Shown: positions 62,507 to 64,000 of the stretch, piece by piece
How positions within the stretch are numbered: position 1 is the stretch's first letter
How the letters are laid out: each line of letters starts with the position of its first letter
From: Eledone cirrhosa
Lineage: Eukaryota
DNA length: 64,000 nucleotides
Reading direction: 5' to 3'
NCBI GenBank assembly: GCA_964016885.1
Contig: OZ024740.1
Coordinates: 181,040,001-181,104,000 of the forward strand
Program-made: the position numbers and the translations under genes
Notes under the pieces: model-generated
What the model was told of the DNA's origin: nothing
What the model saw: the letters and a program-made list of their open reading frames with translations, nothing else
The model's database searches: none

Positions 62507-63460
62507 CGCCACCACACACACTCCTTCCAAACCCTCAGAGTTTTAAAGTGTGAAGTTTTGATTATATACCTCACCGCTCAAACAGTATTGAAATAAGTGA
62601 GGTATTCAATTTCCTACAATCTGGAGGTGACTTGCATTTTGCATTTGTTTCTGCTTTGGAAAGGAGGATAGTTGTTTGGCTATGGCAGGCACAGACCCTC
62701 AAATATAGGGAGATCAGTGTTGTGATTGGGTTCAGGGGGTCAAGAATGTATTCTCTCTACCTCTCGAGGATGCAAATCTCTGAAGAGATGTAAAACACAG
62801 AGGCCATTCTGATATCAGGTGTGGAGGAAACGTCTTATCACGAAGTTAGCGTATGGTCTGCAAGTTCACTTAAATTATTCCTGAAGAAACCAATTGACTA
62901 TTGATTCTACTCACATGATGAAATATAATAATCTTTCTTGATATTTATAATCACTATTTATATTTTTTTCGGTTTAAGGAACAAGCTTTTTTGGAGCCAA
63001 ATGCAGCTTGTTTTGAAGATCACTTTTTCTCAAGGTAATGTAGATGTAACATGGTGTCTTGCATATATGTTGATGAAGCTTCAGTACTCAAAATTAATCG
63101 TAGTCGTTAATACAATTGAGAGATGTAGATCATTGATGTATAAAAGAAAAATCATTTTAGAAGAAAAGTAAAAGTGGAGTATATGAGACCAGGAGAGTGT
63201 ATGTATGTATCTATGAATGTATGAATGTAAGTATACATATCAATATATGTGTGTATGTATGCTTTTGAGTGTGTGTCTATATATACATATATATATACAT
63301 ACACACACACGCACACACACACACATATATATATATATATTGTTATACTTGGGGAGGGTGTGTATGTGTGGGTGTGGATGTGTGTGTGTGTGTTTGTGTG
63401 TGAGTGAGTAATAAAATGAAGATGTGTGAATGCGAATAAAACCGTATCTCTCATTCATTA

Positions 63461-63531
<71 letters not shown>

Positions 63532-64000
63532 AAATGAGCATTCATATTCAAACCCTTCGGTGTTATGTGTTGAGCCAAGCTCATTTCTCTCTATCCTAAT
63601 ATGAAACCTGACTGTAGGTTACTATGCACAGGCCGATATTGTATCGAATACATAGGTACCAAAACCTTTAATCATATAACTGCATTAATATTGATATGCC
63701 GTAAGAATTGGACGAAATGATCAGGGGTTTTCAATTGTAGATAAATATATATTACAACAGAGTGTTTAAGGTATAACTTAATATAGGCAGTAATTTATAG
63801 TTAATATTAAATGCTTGCTGCACACGATAATTAATTCTAATATTATTTTTTTGTTATTTGTTCTTCCCAGGAAAATTTCTATTTCTTGAAGTTTACCAAT
63901 AATGTACAACTATCAAACACATTTATTCTAAAACTAATTCTAAGGCGTAAAACAAATTTTAGAATAAACCATTTTTAAAAGTGACAGAAATTTTAAAATT

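Overview
This is AT-rich animal genomic DNA with no recognisable host protein-coding exon. The SINE types and very dense (TA)n/(TAA)n microsatellites suggest a cephalopod such as octopus (inference). Most identifiable sequence is retroelement. (i) A ~14.5 kb head-to-tail array of four R4/Dong-clade non-LTR insertions (RT + CCHC + restriction-like endonuclease) sits in (TAA)n at 14581-29036, and one copy has an intact 1216-aa ORF. (ii) There are six coding Penelope-like element (PLE) relics: two Penelope/Poseidon-like, three Nematis-like GIY-YIG fragments and one Neptune-like copy whose ORF1/RT overlap carries an in-phase T TTT TTA slippery site. (iii) There are decayed L1/Tx1 and RTE fragments and several SINEs. 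(iv) More than ten small non-coding direct/inverted-repeat elements lie in (TA)n and carry minimal type-I hammerhead ribozyme (HHR) motifs. The main leads are: fold-back junctions at or near predicted HHR cleavage sites, a 5' module and a covarying pseudoknot shared by two divergent Dong families, and the candidate -1 frameshift. All structures were folded and aligned by eye, so boundaries may be off by a few nt.
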